64,000 bases of DNA. Source: Nitrospinaceae bacterium (GTDB lineage: Bacteria; Nitrospinota; Nitrospinia; Nitrospinales; Nitrospinaceae). Made by a program: the position numbers and the translations under genes. Below the pieces are notes generated by a model that saw only the letters and a program-made list of their open reading frames with translations, was not told the origin of the DNA and made no database searches. This document shows, one piece after another, positions 7,779 to 17,299 of the stretch (positions within the stretch are counted from its first letter, which is position 1; each line of letters begins with the position of its first letter). The stretch is from contig JAJDBJ010000080.1 of the NCBI GenBank assembly GCA_029261395.1, positions 61,516-125,515 of the forward strand, written 5' to 3'.

Positions 7779-8096
7779 ATATTTTAAATTGCTTGTCCAA
7801 CCGTGTTACCCTGAGCTTGTCAAAGGGTGACACCAACAATACGGCGGCTAAAGTCAATGATAACATGCTCTCTGGCATGTCGGCTTTGCCGTTGAAATTC
7901 CGCTCGATTCGGTTGGGAAATCCAAAATAGAGGATTCGCAGATGGAAGTCAACTGCTTATCCGGCCGACCAAACGTCGCCGTTACATTTTGCTTGAAGCC
8001 TCTGGCGGCTGTGATAGTATTCGCTGATCTCTATGATTTTTAAGGGAATTATAACCCTCTCTACGGCAACCGTTCATCGGAAGGATCTCAAATTTT

Positions 8097-8417
8097 ATGA
8101 AAGTTGTTAACGTCAGCGATCAGGTAAAGTTCAAATCCGAGAAGATGAACAAGGTCAGCCTTTTCGACACAGACCGTTTTTTTTGTGATGTATACTGTCT
8201 CGAACCCGGTCAGATCCAGAAAGTTCATGCCCATGAGGGGTCAGACAAGATATATTATCTGTTGGAAGGGAAGGGCAGGATCACCGTTGGCTCTGAGGAA
8301 AAGGAACTGGCGGCGGGGGAGATGACTATGGCTCCTTCCGGTGAGGTCCACGGGGTGGTGAACCATACTCAGGAGCCGTTGGTTATTCTGGTGTTTATGG
8401 CGCCCAAGCCTCAGTAA
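8097..8417 (+). CDS. Cupin-domain protein
   Basis: Cupin_2 motifs VHAHEGSDKIYYLLEG and APSGEVHGVVN. 106 aa. Confidence 0.85.
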   Translation: MKVVNVSDQVKFKSEKMNKVSLFDTDRFFCDVYCLEPGQIQKVHAHEGSDKIYYLLEGKGRITVGSEEKELAAGEMTMAPSGEVHGVVNHTQEPLVILVFMAPKPQ

Positions 8418-8470
8418 TTACTTTTGATACTTTATCCCGGTAACGACCGGGTTGATTCAAGGAACCGTAA

Positions 8471-10246
8471 ATGATTTATCTGGTGTTTCCATCGTCCTGG
8501 CATCCATCGCAACCTTATTTGAGTTTGCCCGCGTTGAAAGGTTTCCTGCATATGCATGGAATCACCGATGTGGTGCAGAGGGATCTCGCCATCGAGTTGT
8601 TGGATCACCTGTGCTCGTGGGAAAATACCAAACCGCTGTACGACCGCATTCTGAGGGATCTCCAACAGCTCGGATCCAAACCGTTTCTCACCGACTTCGA
8701 AAAAGAAAAATTTGAAAAACTGCGCGAAGCAGAAGAAATCATCCCAGCCCTGAAAGATCAGATCGACGGTGCCAAAACGATTCTGCGCACGGAAGAGTTC
8801 TACCAGATCGACCGCTACATGGAAGCGTTGAAAATTATCGACGTCTGGCTGGACAACATTCTGGCCAGCTACTATCCATCGCAATTGACCGTGATCGGCA
8901 GTCAGTTGCGGTTTTCGCCGTACTCCACTCAGGAGATACTCGATTCGTTCAAGCATCCGGAAGAAAATTTCTTTTACGATTTGTACAAACAGCATTACAT
9001 TCCCGACATCCTCAAAGAGGATATCGACATCCTGGGAATCTCCATCACCTCGGTCGAACAAATCATTCCCGGCTTGACGCTGGCGCACCTCATCAAGGAA
9101 GCCCGTCCTAAAATCCATATCACCGTGGGCGGCAGTGTGTTCACCAAACTGGTGGACGTCCTCGAAAAAGGATCACCGCTATTCGATATCGTCGACAGCT
9201 TCATCGTGCACGAAGGCGAAACCCCTTTGCTTCGACTGGTGGAACATTTGCGCAGCGATGGCGACCTGTCGAAAGTTCCGAATCTGGTGTACCGAGACAA
9301 TGGCGTGGTGAAGGTCAACCGCCCGTTCGCCAAAGAGGAATTGAATGCTTTGCCGACGCCGGATTTCGACGGTATTCCTTTCGATCTGTATCTGACGCCG
9401 GAACGCGTTCTGCCCATCATGGGCTCGCGCGGTTGTTACTGGGAAAAATGTGCATTTTGTTCGATTCCGTTTGATCACATGGATTTCCATGTGCGTTATG
9501 CCGAAACGGTGGTGCAGGATTTTAAAAATCTGCAAGAAAAGTACGGGTGCAATTATTTTTTCTTCACCGACGAAGCCCTCCCCATCAATTTCCTGAAAAC
9601 GTTTTCCGAAAAGCTGGTCGAGCAGAAGGTGGATGTCCAGTGGACCGGCGAGCTCAAGTTCGAGAAAAGTCTCTTGCGCGATAACCGCATGGAGACACTT
9701 TACAAATCGGGTTGCCGCAAACTGATTTTCGGACTGGAATCGTATAACCAGCGTGTACTGGACGCGATGAAAAAAGGCTGTCCGACAGAAGTCATCGACA
9801 AAACAGTTGAGGAGTGCATCCGCATTGGTATCTCCATGCACTTTTATCTACTGGTCGGATTCCCCACCGAGACGCGGGACGAGGTTATGGATTCCGTCAA
9901 CTTCGTGATGAACAACCAGGCTATTCTCGATTCCCCTGGATTCTCATGCATCGCCTCGCAGTTCGATCTCGAAAAGGGAACACCACTTGCCAAAGACCCC
10001 GGCCAGTGGGGCGTGTACGATCTGGTCAATCCGCCACACCATGATTTGTCTTTGGGATTTTCCTACAAGATCAAAGAAGGACTGAACGCCGAGCAAGCTA
10101 CCGAAGTGTATCAGGAAGTGGTGCAGAGAATCAGCCGCGAAGTCATGACTTTCCCCCACAACTATTCCCTGGCCGATGGACTCCTCTACCTCGGTCACCA
10201 CGAAAGAGAAAACATCCAGGAACGCATCTCCTCTCTGTCCGCTTAA
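8471..10246 (+). CDS. B12-binding-domain radical SAM protein
   Basis: N-terminal MIYLVFPSSW...LSLPALKGFL matches class-B radical-SAM B12-binding domains. Cluster motif GSRGCYWEKCAFCS. 591 aa. Confidence 0.85.
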   Translation: MIYLVFPSSWHPSQPYLSLPALKGFLHMHGITDVVQRDLAIELLDHLCSWENTKPLYDRILRDLQQLGSKPFLTDFEKEKFEKLREAEEIIPALKDQIDGAKTILRTEEFYQIDRYMEALKIIDVWLDNILASYYPSQLTVIGSQLRFSPYSTQEILDSFKHPEENFFYDLYKQHYIPDILKEDIDILGISITSVEQIIPGLTLAHLIKEARPKIHITVGGSVFTKLVDVLEKGSPLFDIVDSFIVHEGETPLLRLVEHLRSDGDLSKVPNLVYRDNGVVKVNRPFAKEELNALPTPDFDGIPFDLYLTPERVLPIMGSRGCYWEKCAFCSIPFDHMDFHVRYAETVVQDFKNLQEKYGCNYFFFTDEALPINFLKTFSEKLVEQKVDVQWTGELKFEKSLLRDNRMETLYKSGCRKLIFGLESYNQRVLDAMKKGCPTEVIDKTVEECIRIGISMHFYLLVGFPTETRDEVMDSVNFVMNNQAILDSPGFSCIASQFDLEKGTPLAKDPGQWGVYDLVNPPHHDLSLGFSYKIKEGLNAEQATEVYQEVVQRISREVMTFPHNYSLADGLLYLGHHERENIQERISSLSA

Positions 10247-10330
10247 CGGCGAAGGTTCACCAGCCCCCTCATATGTAACTTCGTGTTACCCTGATTGCAT
10301 ACTCATTTTAACAATTGGTAAAGGAGAAAC

Positions 10331-11107
10331 ATGGTCAAGCGTTTGTGGATGACGTTGTTTTTATCGGTGATGATTGTAGGTGTTGGGACCCACACGTCCT
10401 GGGCGGAGTCCTCGGCGGACGTCAAAGCCCTGAAAAAAGAGATCGAGTCTCTCAAACAGCGTCAAAAAGCGATGCAGAAGGACCTGAGTGAAATCAAAGC
10501 CCTCCTCCGCAAGGCGATGCCCGGCAAACAACCTTTCAAACCGGCGGACGTGAAAATCGATGGTTCCCCGGTGCTGGGAAAGGCCGACGCTCCGGTCACT
10601 ATGGTCGAGTTTACCGACTTCCAGTGTCCGTACTGCCGACGCTACTCCAATGGCACGTTCCCCAAAATTATCAAGGATTACATTAAGGCGGGCAAAGTGC
10701 GTTATGTGGTCCGGCAGTTTCCCCTGAAAGCCATTCACCCCAAAGCGGTGAAGGCTTCCGAAGCGTCTTTGTGCGCCGGTGATCAGGGCAAATATTGGGA
10801 AATGCACGACATGATTTTCAAGAAGACGAAGAGTTTCGAGCAGAAAGAATGGGTTCGACATGCCGAGGCGTTGGGACTTGACATGAATTCCTTTAACGAT
10901 TGCCTGGAAAACGGAAAGAAAGCTTCCAATGTAGAAAGGGATTTAAAAGAGGGTGCGGATATGGGGATGAGCGGCACACCGGGTTTTTTCATTGGCCGGA
11001 CTGACCCAGAGAATCCTAATAAGTTTAAAGCCGTTGAAATGATACGGGGAGCTCATCCTTACCCGCAGTTCAAGAAGACCATTGATAAGCTACTCGAACC
11101 GTCCTAG
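10331..11107 (+). CDS. Secreted DsbA-family thiol:disulfide oxidoreductase
   Basis: Signal peptide, short coiled coil, thioredoxin-fold active site FQCPYCRR. Confidence 0.88.
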   Translation: MVKRLWMTLFLSVMIVGVGTHTSWAESSADVKALKKEIESLKQRQKAMQKDLSEIKALLRKAMPGKQPFKPADVKIDGSPVLGKADAPVTMVEFTDFQCPYCRRYSNGTFPKIIKDYIKAGKVRYVVRQFPLKAIHPKAVKASEASLCAGDQGKYWEMHDMIFKKTKSFEQKEWVRHAEALGLDMNSFNDCLENGKKASNVERDLKEGADMGMSGTPGFFIGRTDPENPNKFKAVEMIRGAHPYPQFKKTIDKLLEPS

Positions 11108-11128
11108 GAAAAGATTTTCCTGCGTCTA

Positions 11129-11827
11129 TTAGAAATACCAAAACAGGAAAAAGGGCAGGCCGAAGGTAAAGATAAGCGCGAGGATATTCAATCCCTGCAG
11201 GATGAGCATCTGATCGGTCAGAGTGGAGATGACGAACTCGACTCCGACTCTGCGGACGGCGCTTTCGATATCCGCCCGGTCCAGATGGTCCTTGCCTTTT
11301 TTGTTCAACTCTTCCATGACGTCGTCGAGGAAGATGAATTTGAGAATTTTTAAAACAACCCGGAAAAACAGTCTTTTCATCCAATTGATGGGGCCGCCTT
11401 TGAGTTTGAGGTCGTCCAGGAACTTTTTTCCAACCTCATCAAACTTTCGGGCAAGCTCCTCCCGGGGAATACTTTTGTTCACGTTCGGGTAATTAGACAA
11501 CACACCGCTCACCAGAATATCCATCAGGTCATGCAGGCCTCCCACCATTTGCCGGAACTTGCCGCGTGCCGTTTCGATAACGCTGGCAAGGACTCCGTGA
11601 ACCGGTCCCCAGAGACCGTACCAGAGAAGCGCGGTGATCAACACAAGCCATTGCAACCAGCCGTTCCAGTCGGCCTCCCATATATAAATTTCTTTCAGCG
11701 AATAGATGCCAATCATTCCAACAACGAAACCGGCGACACCGAACAAAAACAAATTTACGAAGGTGCCGATCAATAGCTCCGCAAAAAACTTTCGCCAGTA
11801 ACTGAGAACCTGATTTTTATCCGTCAT
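11129..11827 (-). CDS. Multi-pass membrane protein of unknown function, last gene of the RND operon
   Basis: 232 aa with hydrophobic helices at both ends. Its ATG overlaps the RND stop by 4 nt (ATGA). Confidence 0.65.
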   Translation of the reverse strand: MTDKNQVLSYWRKFFAELLIGTFVNLFLFGVAGFVVGMIGIYSLKEIYIWEADWNGWLQWLVLITALLWYGLWGPVHGVLASVIETARGKFRQMVGGLHDLMDILVSGVLSNYPNVNKSIPREELARKFDEVGKKFLDDLKLKGGPINWMKRLFFRVVLKILKFIFLDDVMEELNKKGKDHLDRADIESAVRRVGVEFVISTLTDQMLILQGLNILALIFTFGLPFFLFWYF

Positions 11828-14800
11828 GACGTCCTTGGGTTCTGTATAGTTGCGTCCTCCGGGATGGAAACGGGTGGTTGATTTTTAGCTGGTATGGGAG
11901 AGACGGGTGCCTCGGGACCGCCTCTCATTCCAAAGCTCAGGTTCAGCAGGCATGGAATGAGTAACAACGTAAAGATTGTGCTGAAAAACAGTCCCGATAA
12001 AATGACCACGCCGATGCCCCGGTAGATTTCACTGCCCGCGCCGGGGATCACCACCAACGGCATCAGTCCGAAGATGCTGGTGAACGTGCTCATGAATATC
12101 GGGCGAATGCGGTTGCGCACGCTTTCTAGGATGGCGTCCCGGTAGAACATGCTGTCCTCCCTGATGTGCAATAGAGTCTGGTAGATAATCAAAATAGCGT
12201 TGTTCACCACCACTCCTATCAGAATGATAAACCCCAGCATGGTCAACACGTCCAGCGGTTGACTGACATAAAGATTCAACGCCCACAAGCCGATCACCCC
12301 GCCGACCGCCGCCATCGGTACGCTGAGCATGATGATTAAAGGGAATCCCCAGTGCTGAAACAGGACCGCGAGAAGGAGGTAAGTGATGATGATCGCCAGA
12401 ATAAAGTTGTTCGACATGGCTTCGCGGGTTTTTTCCAGCTTATCTGCGTTGCCCGTCAGGTTGATGGAATACTCGCCGGACAGGGTGCCGTCATCTTTCA
12501 GGGGTTGGATAATTTGATTTTTGACCAGATCAATACCTTCTTCCAGCGCCATATGGTTGGGTGGGCTGATCTCCAGAGTCACCGAACGCTTGCGTTCGAA
12601 ATGGCGGACTTCTTCAGAGCTCACCGTTTCGGTCATTTCCGCGATGTTGATCAACGGCACTGCCCGGCCTTTTTGGGTGTAAAGAATCATTTCGGGAATG
12701 TCCTGTGTCCGTTTCACGTCCTGTTCCCGGCTTTGCAGGATGAGGTCGATGCCCTCGCGCGGCATGTAAGGCACCCGGACTTTATCAGGATCGAGGAAGA
12801 CTTCATCCGCGTATACTCCGTCCACCAAGGCCGCCACCGAGTATCCCAGTTCAAATACGTCCATATCCAGTTCGGCGACCGCCTGCCAGCGTGGCTGAAT
12901 CTGAATTTGCGGTTGCCCCAGTTCGATCCCGGGTATGGGGCGGACTTTGGAACCCGGCATGATTTCTTTAAGTTTAAAAAAAGAGTTGCGGGCGATCTCG
13001 GTGATTTTAACCAGGTCCGGACCCATGATGTTCATTTCAATGCCCCGTGATCCGCTGAACGCGCTCGAGAACAGGGACAGTTGGCGGGTGATGGCGATCA
13101 TTCCGGGAACCTTTTTTAACTCTCTTTCCAGAATCGGGATCAACTCCGGGGCGCGTTCCGGGTCTTTCGCTTTTACGATGGTGAACAGACGGCCGCGGCT
13201 ACCGATAAACAGGAAATTGCGCACCGCCGGCCCCTGCAAATTCTTCTCTTCGGGGCTCCCCGGCTCGGCTTCCCAGTACGCACGGTAGTTTTCCTCCATT
13301 TCATTACCGATGCGGTGCATCTCATCGATGTTGTATCCCTGTGGCGGAATCATCATACCGATGATCACGTTCTGATCTCCTTCCGGCAGGTATTCGGTTT
13401 TCGGGATCAAATGCCACGCCCCGTATAGTGGAACAAGAGTGAGGCCCAAAATGAGTGCGCCTTGGATTAATGGAAATTGAAATATCCATTTCAGCCCACC
13501 CACCACCGCACGGTTGAACCGGGTCGCCAGGGGCACCAGACCAAACATATTCCGGAAAGTTGCTTTTATAATGCCGCTCGAAGTGGGATGTACTTCTTCA
13601 TAGTGCAACAGCTTGCGTGCCAGAGCCGGTATGACCAGTATGCTGACGATCATCGAGAGGGTCACCGCTGAGCTGATGGCAACGGCGATATCCTGGAACA
13701 GTTGACCGACTTCCTCTTCAATGAACAGGATGGGAATGAACACCGCCAGGGTGGTCAGGGTACTGGCGAAAATGGCTCCCCATACTTCGCGGGCTCCGTC
13801 ATGTGCGGCGGTCAGAGTGTCCTTGCCCATCTGCCGGTGGCGGTAAATATTTTCGAGAACAATGATTGATGCGTCCACCACCATGCCCACCGCAAACGCC
13901 ATGCCCGCCAGCATGATGACATTGATGGTTCGTCCCATAAGGGTGATAATTAAAAAGGAACCGATGACACTGATGGGAATAGCCATGGCGATGACCAACG
14001 TGCTGTAAAAGCTCCGCAGGAACAACAACAGAATCACAATGGCCATGGTTCCGCCTATGATCAGGTTGAAGGTCACCATGTTAATGGAACGGGAAATGTA
14101 TTCGGTTTTGTCCGCCGTTTGCGCGAGATGGAGTCCCATCGGGTGGAGGAGGTTCTCATTCAAATCGGCCACGACGGCTTTGATGTCCTTCATCACCTCG
14201 ATGATGTTGGAACCGATTTCCCGGCGGGTGTTGACGGCAATTCCCGGCAGGCCATTGTGCCGGACGTAGTCCCGCAGTTCATCGTAATCGACTTTAACTT
14301 CCGCCACGTCCTTGACGTAAACCGGGCGTCTGTTGATATGCGTGATGATGGTTTGTTCAACGTCTTCCGGGCTTTTGAATTCGCCGGTAGTGCGAATGAT
14401 ATAGCGTCGTTTGCCTTCATCGAAATCGCCACCACTCACGTTCCGATTCTGGTTCCGCAGTGCCTCCCGCAATTGAAAAATACTGATACCCCGCTCCGCC
14501 AGGGCATGCGGGTCGAAAATGACCTGCAACTCCAACGGACTGCCGCCATAGACCTCGCTGTCAGATACACCGGGTATCCGTTCAAACCGGGCTTTGATGA
14601 AGTCTTCCGCGAAATCCCGATAATCATAGACATTGACTTCGTCTTCCTTGCCCGGGAGCGGTGACAGGACAAACCAGCCGATTGGCCGATCTGAAATGTT
14701 GACGGTCTTTATAATGGGTTCATCCGCATCTTCGGGGTACGCCGGCACTTGATTTAAGGCGTTCGCGGTGCGGACTAGCGCATCCTGCAGATCGTTTCCT

Positions 14801-15090
14801 ACTTGGAATTCTAGGTAAACTTCACCGACACCCGTTTTGGAACTGCTTTCCATCTCCACCAGGCCCACGATGGATTTCAGGTGCTGTTCCTGTTCATCAA
14901 TGATTTCCCGCTCGATCTCTTCCGGGCTTGCCCCCGGCCAGGTGGTGCGGATGCTGAGTTCCGGCTGGCTGATTTCAGGAGTCAGTTGGACGGGGATACG
15001 GAGCAGGGCCATGATGCCAAACATGAGGATCAGGATTACCCCCACCGCGACGGTGACTCCGTATTTGAGAGACTGTTCGACCAGTTTCAT
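11824..15090 (-). CDS. RND efflux permease (AcrB/HAE1-like)
   Basis: 1088 aa. Typical RND N-terminus (LRIPVQLTPEISQPELSIRTTWPGASPEEIE) and 12-TM organisation. Confidence 0.95.
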   Translation of the reverse strand: MKLVEQSLKYGVTVAVGVILILMFGIMALLRIPVQLTPEISQPELSIRTTWPGASPEEIEREIIDEQEQHLKSIVGLVEMESSSKTGVGEVYLEFQVGNDLQDALVRTANALNQVPAYPEDADEPIIKTVNISDRPIGWFVLSPLPGKEDEVNVYDYRDFAEDFIKARFERIPGVSDSEVYGGSPLELQVIFDPHALAERGISIFQLREALRNQNRNVSGGDFDEGKRRYIIRTTGEFKSPEDVEQTIITHINRRPVYVKDVAEVKVDYDELRDYVRHNGLPGIAVNTRREIGSNIIEVMKDIKAVVADLNENLLHPMGLHLAQTADKTEYISRSINMVTFNLIIGGTMAIVILLLFLRSFYSTLVIAMAIPISVIGSFLIITLMGRTINVIMLAGMAFAVGMVVDASIIVLENIYRHRQMGKDTLTAAHDGAREVWGAIFASTLTTLAVFIPILFIEEEVGQLFQDIAVAISSAVTLSMIVSILVIPALARKLLHYEEVHPTSSGIIKATFRNMFGLVPLATRFNRAVVGGLKWIFQFPLIQGALILGLTLVPLYGAWHLIPKTEYLPEGDQNVIIGMMIPPQGYNIDEMHRIGNEMEENYRAYWEAEPGSPEEKNLQGPAVRNFLFIGSRGRLFTIVKAKDPERAPELIPILERELKKVPGMIAITRQLSLFSSAFSGSRGIEMNIMGPDLVKITEIARNSFFKLKEIMPGSKVRPIPGIELGQPQIQIQPRWQAVAELDMDVFELGYSVAALVDGVYADEVFLDPDKVRVPYMPREGIDLILQSREQDVKRTQDIPEMILYTQKGRAVPLINIAEMTETVSSEEVRHFERKRSVTLEISPPNHMALEEGIDLVKNQIIQPLKDDGTLSGEYSINLTGNADKLEKTREAMSNNFILAIIITYLLLAVLFQHWGFPLIIMLSVPMAAVGGVIGLWALNLYVSQPLDVLTMLGFIILIGVVVNNAILIIYQTLLHIREDSMFYRDAILESVRNRIRPIFMSTFTSIFGLMPLVVIPGAGSEIYRGIGVVILSGLFFSTIFTLLLIPCLLNLSFGMRGGPEAPVSPIPAKNQPPVSIPEDATIQNPRTS

Positions 15091-15099
15091 GACATGGCC

Positions 15100-16410
15100 T
15101 TAATGGATTTTCTTAATGATGTTTACCCTGGAGTTTGGTTTCAGGCGTTCGTTGCCCTGCACGACCACCCAATCTCCGGATTTAATTTTTTTGCCCTTGA
15201 AATGAACAGCGATCAGGTTTTTTTCCAGCCGTCCGGTTTGCACGACCACTTTATGCGCTTTCATGGTTTTGTCTTTGTCCTCGCGGACTACCCAGACCGC
15301 AGTTTCCCGGGGCGTACGAACAATCGCATCCTTCGGCACAAACAGGGTTTTTTGCTTTTTCTTGCCAAGTTTCAGCTCGACCCGGACCAGCATGCCCGGT
15401 GCCAGTTTGGATTTGGTATTTGTGACTTTGATGCGAACTGGAAAGGTCCGGGATACCGGATCGCCTGAGCGGATTTTTTCGATCACTGTTCCCTTGAAGC
15501 TCTGAGGGCCCTCACGGGTTTCATAGGATTCCAATATGACTTTGGCCGATGCTCCAATTGCAATACTGTTGAACTGAAATTGCGGCACATGGATTTCCAC
15601 CTTGAGGGGTTTGGCCCGGATCATGGAAACGGCCGGGTCTCCCTGTTCCAACCATTGGCCGACCTCGGTTTCTTTTTTGACGATGTACCCGTGAAACGGG
15701 GCGAATATCGTTGCCCGATTGATATTGTCCTGGATCATCTGGATGCGGGCCTCCGCGACCTTGATGTTGGCTTCTTCCTGCTTCATCTTTTCCGAACGTG
15801 GACCGGCAACCAGCTCGTTCAGCATCGACTGCTTCTCTGCCAGTTCTGCCCGGTCGGCTTGAGCCTGAGCGTCGGCCTTGTCAAACTCGTCGAGACTGAG
15901 TACTCCATCCTTATATAATCTTTTGATTCGCTTGAGTTCGTTATCAGCCAGCCGGACCCTGGCCCTGGATTGTTCGACGGCGGATTTGGCGGCTTCGATG
16001 GTTTCGGGACGCGTACCGGTATTCAGTTCCTCCAACCGGGCTTCGACCAGTTTTTTTTCCGCCTGCGCCAGATCCCGTTGGATAATCAGAGGCTCGATCC
16101 GAAGTTTGACCAAAGGAGTTCCCTTGCGTACGTATTGGCCCTCCTGGAACAGCAGTTTGTCTACCCGTCCATCTACTTCCGAAGCCAGTTGAGTCGTGGC
16201 CCAGGCCTGCACCGTGCCCGGATATTCAAACGAGGAATGGGTGGAGATTCCCCGCGCTTTGGCTACCCCCACAGGAACCGGTCGATCCTTCTTTTTCTGG
16301 GCAAGGAGCGGGGATGAAGGTAAAATAACTCCTACTATTAGGCAATAAAAAATTGTTATTTTTATGTATTTTAAGTCTATTTTATTAATGTAATACATCA
16401 GGCTTTTCAA
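15100..16410 (-). CDS. RND periplasmic adaptor (membrane fusion protein, HlyD family)
   Basis: Signal/anchor segment, alpha-hairpin (AQAEKKLVEARLEEL...), barrel-sandwich and beta-barrel segments. Start is ambiguous between TTG 16410 and ATG 16398. Confidence 0.9.
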   Translation of the reverse strand: MKSLMYYINKIDLKYIKITIFYCLIVGVILPSSPLLAQKKKDRPVPVGVAKARGISTHSSFEYPGTVQAWATTQLASEVDGRVDKLLFQEGQYVRKGTPLVKLRIEPLIIQRDLAQAEKKLVEARLEELNTGTRPETIEAAKSAVEQSRARVRLADNELKRIKRLYKDGVLSLDEFDKADAQAQADRAELAEKQSMLNELVAGPRSEKMKQEEANIKVAEARIQMIQDNINRATIFAPFHGYIVKKETEVGQWLEQGDPAVSMIRAKPLKVEIHVPQFQFNSIAIGASAKVILESYETREGPQSFKGTVIEKIRSGDPVSRTFPVRIKVTNTKSKLAPGMLVRVELKLGKKKQKTLFVPKDAIVRTPRETAVWVVREDKDKTMKAHKVVVQTGRLEKNLIAVHFKGKKIKSGDWVVVQGNERLKPNSRVNIIKKIH

Positions 16411-16444
16411 GAGGCTCCGCTACTGTGATGTTGCTGATAAGGGG

Positions 16445-17284
16445 TCACGGTTTGACCTGAACCGTCAAGATCAGATCTCCCCGTTGCTCTTTGACCAAAG
16501 AGCCTTTCTCTCGCAGGCGTAGTTTTTTGCCTGATGAAATCCCCGCAGGAATAGTAATCTGTAGATTCTCTGAGTCTTCACCAATTTGATAGGAAATCTG
16601 TTTTTTGGCTCCTGCCTGCGCTTCGACCGGGGTTATGGAAATGTTGTAATACAGATTGGGATCATCCTTCCCGGTCGTACCGGGTTTCGCGAACAGGTTT
16701 TTGATGGAATGTGCCATGGAGGAAGGAGGCTTCTTTCTCGTTTGAGGTTCCGGATTTCCTTGAGCGGCCTGGCGTTTTTTATTGAGAGCATACAGGGACG
16801 AGCCGACCGTACTCAATAACCATAAGCCGGTTCCGATTTTTCCGATGGGACCGGGAATCATTCGCATGAACTTGGCGAGTCCCCCGGCGGTGCCGAAAAA
16901 AACGGCTCCAAAAAAATCCGGTCCGGTGCGGAAGCCGGATTGCTTGAAATCAGTATTCAGGTCGTTGAAAATGTCCTTGCCGAAGCCCTGGCGGAACATG
17001 TTCTCGAATATCTCCTGCTGACTGTAACGAAACTGGGGGCCGCCTCGGGCTCCAGTGAACGGGCTGGCCCGAAACCGGTCATATTCCTTGCGCTTCAGGG
17101 GGTCCATAAGGACGCCGTAGGCCTCGGTTATTTCCTTGAACCGATCCTCGCTTTTTGGGTCATTGGGATTGCGGTCGGGGTGGTGCTCCAGGGCCAGCTG
17201 GCGATAGGTTTTTTTGATCACTTCTTCAGGGGCATTTGTCTGGACGCCCAATATCTGATAGTAATCTTTGCTGTGCGTTTTCAT
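16445..17284 (-). CDS. Atypical J-domain protein with a central hydrophobic segment and a DnaJ_C-like tail
   Basis: J domain DYYQILGV...LEHHPDRN (HPD present). Gly-rich hydrophobic stretch FFGAVFFGTAGGLAKFM...IGTGLWLLSTVGSSLYAL. C-terminal LQITIPAGISSGKKLRLREKGS...GDLILTVQV. No G/F-rich or zinc-finger region. Confidence 0.85.
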   Translation of the reverse strand: MKTHSKDYYQILGVQTNAPEEVIKKTYRQLALEHHPDRNPNDPKSEDRFKEITEAYGVLMDPLKRKEYDRFRASPFTGARGGPQFRYSQQEIFENMFRQGFGKDIFNDLNTDFKQSGFRTGPDFFGAVFFGTAGGLAKFMRMIPGPIGKIGTGLWLLSTVGSSLYALNKKRQAAQGNPEPQTRKKPPSSMAHSIKNLFAKPGTTGKDDPNLYYNISITPVEAQAGAKKQISYQIGEDSENLQITIPAGISSGKKLRLREKGSLVKEQRGDLILTVQVKP

Positions 17285-17299
17285 CTTAATGGATCCAAC

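Noticed and set aside
7642-7878. 78-aa ORF on the minus strand
   Set aside because: It runs straight through tRNA-Pro (7701-7778). The tRNA explains the sequence.
8432-9118. 228-aa minus-strand ORF overlapping the 5' part of the radical SAM gene; similar cases at 12352-13050 and 20806-21447
   Set aside because: These lie antisense to well-supported genes, and I recognised no motifs in them.
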